DNA of 64,000 nt from Podarcis liolepis (lineage: Eukaryota). The stretch lies in the NCBI GenBank assembly GCA_965112155.1, contig OZ218104.1. One strand, 5' to 3'. A model generated the notes under the pieces. That model was not told the origin of the DNA and did not search any database. It was given only the letters and a program-made list of their open reading frames with translations. A program made the position numbers and the translations under genes. Below, piece after piece: positions 63,914 to 64,000 of this stretch. Numbering within the stretch: the first letter of the stretch is position 1; each line of letters starts with the position of its first letter.

Positions 63914-64000
63914 CTGATACAAACAGATGGCAAACAGAAAATAACTGGAAAGACAAACAGACAGACAGACAGAGAGCTGTGAAGGAAGGATTCAGCACAG

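Noticed and set aside
63618-63998. 126-aa - strand ORF as MTSS2 or IL34
   Set aside because: No resemblance to the C-termini I know for either protein; the N-terminal part is a pyrimidine-rich microsatellite tract.

Overview
Vertebrate genomic DNA, most likely a squamate (lacertid-type lizard, inferred from the Sauria/Squam SINEs, CR1 LINE and hAT/Tc1 MITE repertoire). It holds the last six coding exons of FCSK (fucose kinase, + strand), the complete COG4 gene (- strand, 19 exons, 786 aa) and the complete SF3B3 coding region (+ strand, 25 coding exons, 1217 aa). COG4 and SF3B3 share a bidirectional CpG-island promoter. Two SNORD111-family C/D snoRNAs lie in SF3B3 introns, and the window ends in what looks like the terminal exon/3'UTR of an unidentified convergent gene. 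All exon boundaries were read by hand and are GT-AG with consistent phases. Most ORFs in the supplied track are spurious. The most interesting items are: (1) a hAT element with a perfect 8-bp TSD that appears to carry a captured CpG-rich first exon with a polyQ/polyP ORF; (2) a Penelope-like end with a minimal hammerhead-ribozyme core and a perfect 50-bp inverted repeat; (3) a candidate poison exon in the longest SF3B3 intron; (4) a ~360-bp palindrome flanked by a direct repeat that was later split by a MITE; (5) a candidate in-frame COG4 microexon. None is proven to be a new biological system; each is a testable hypothesis.
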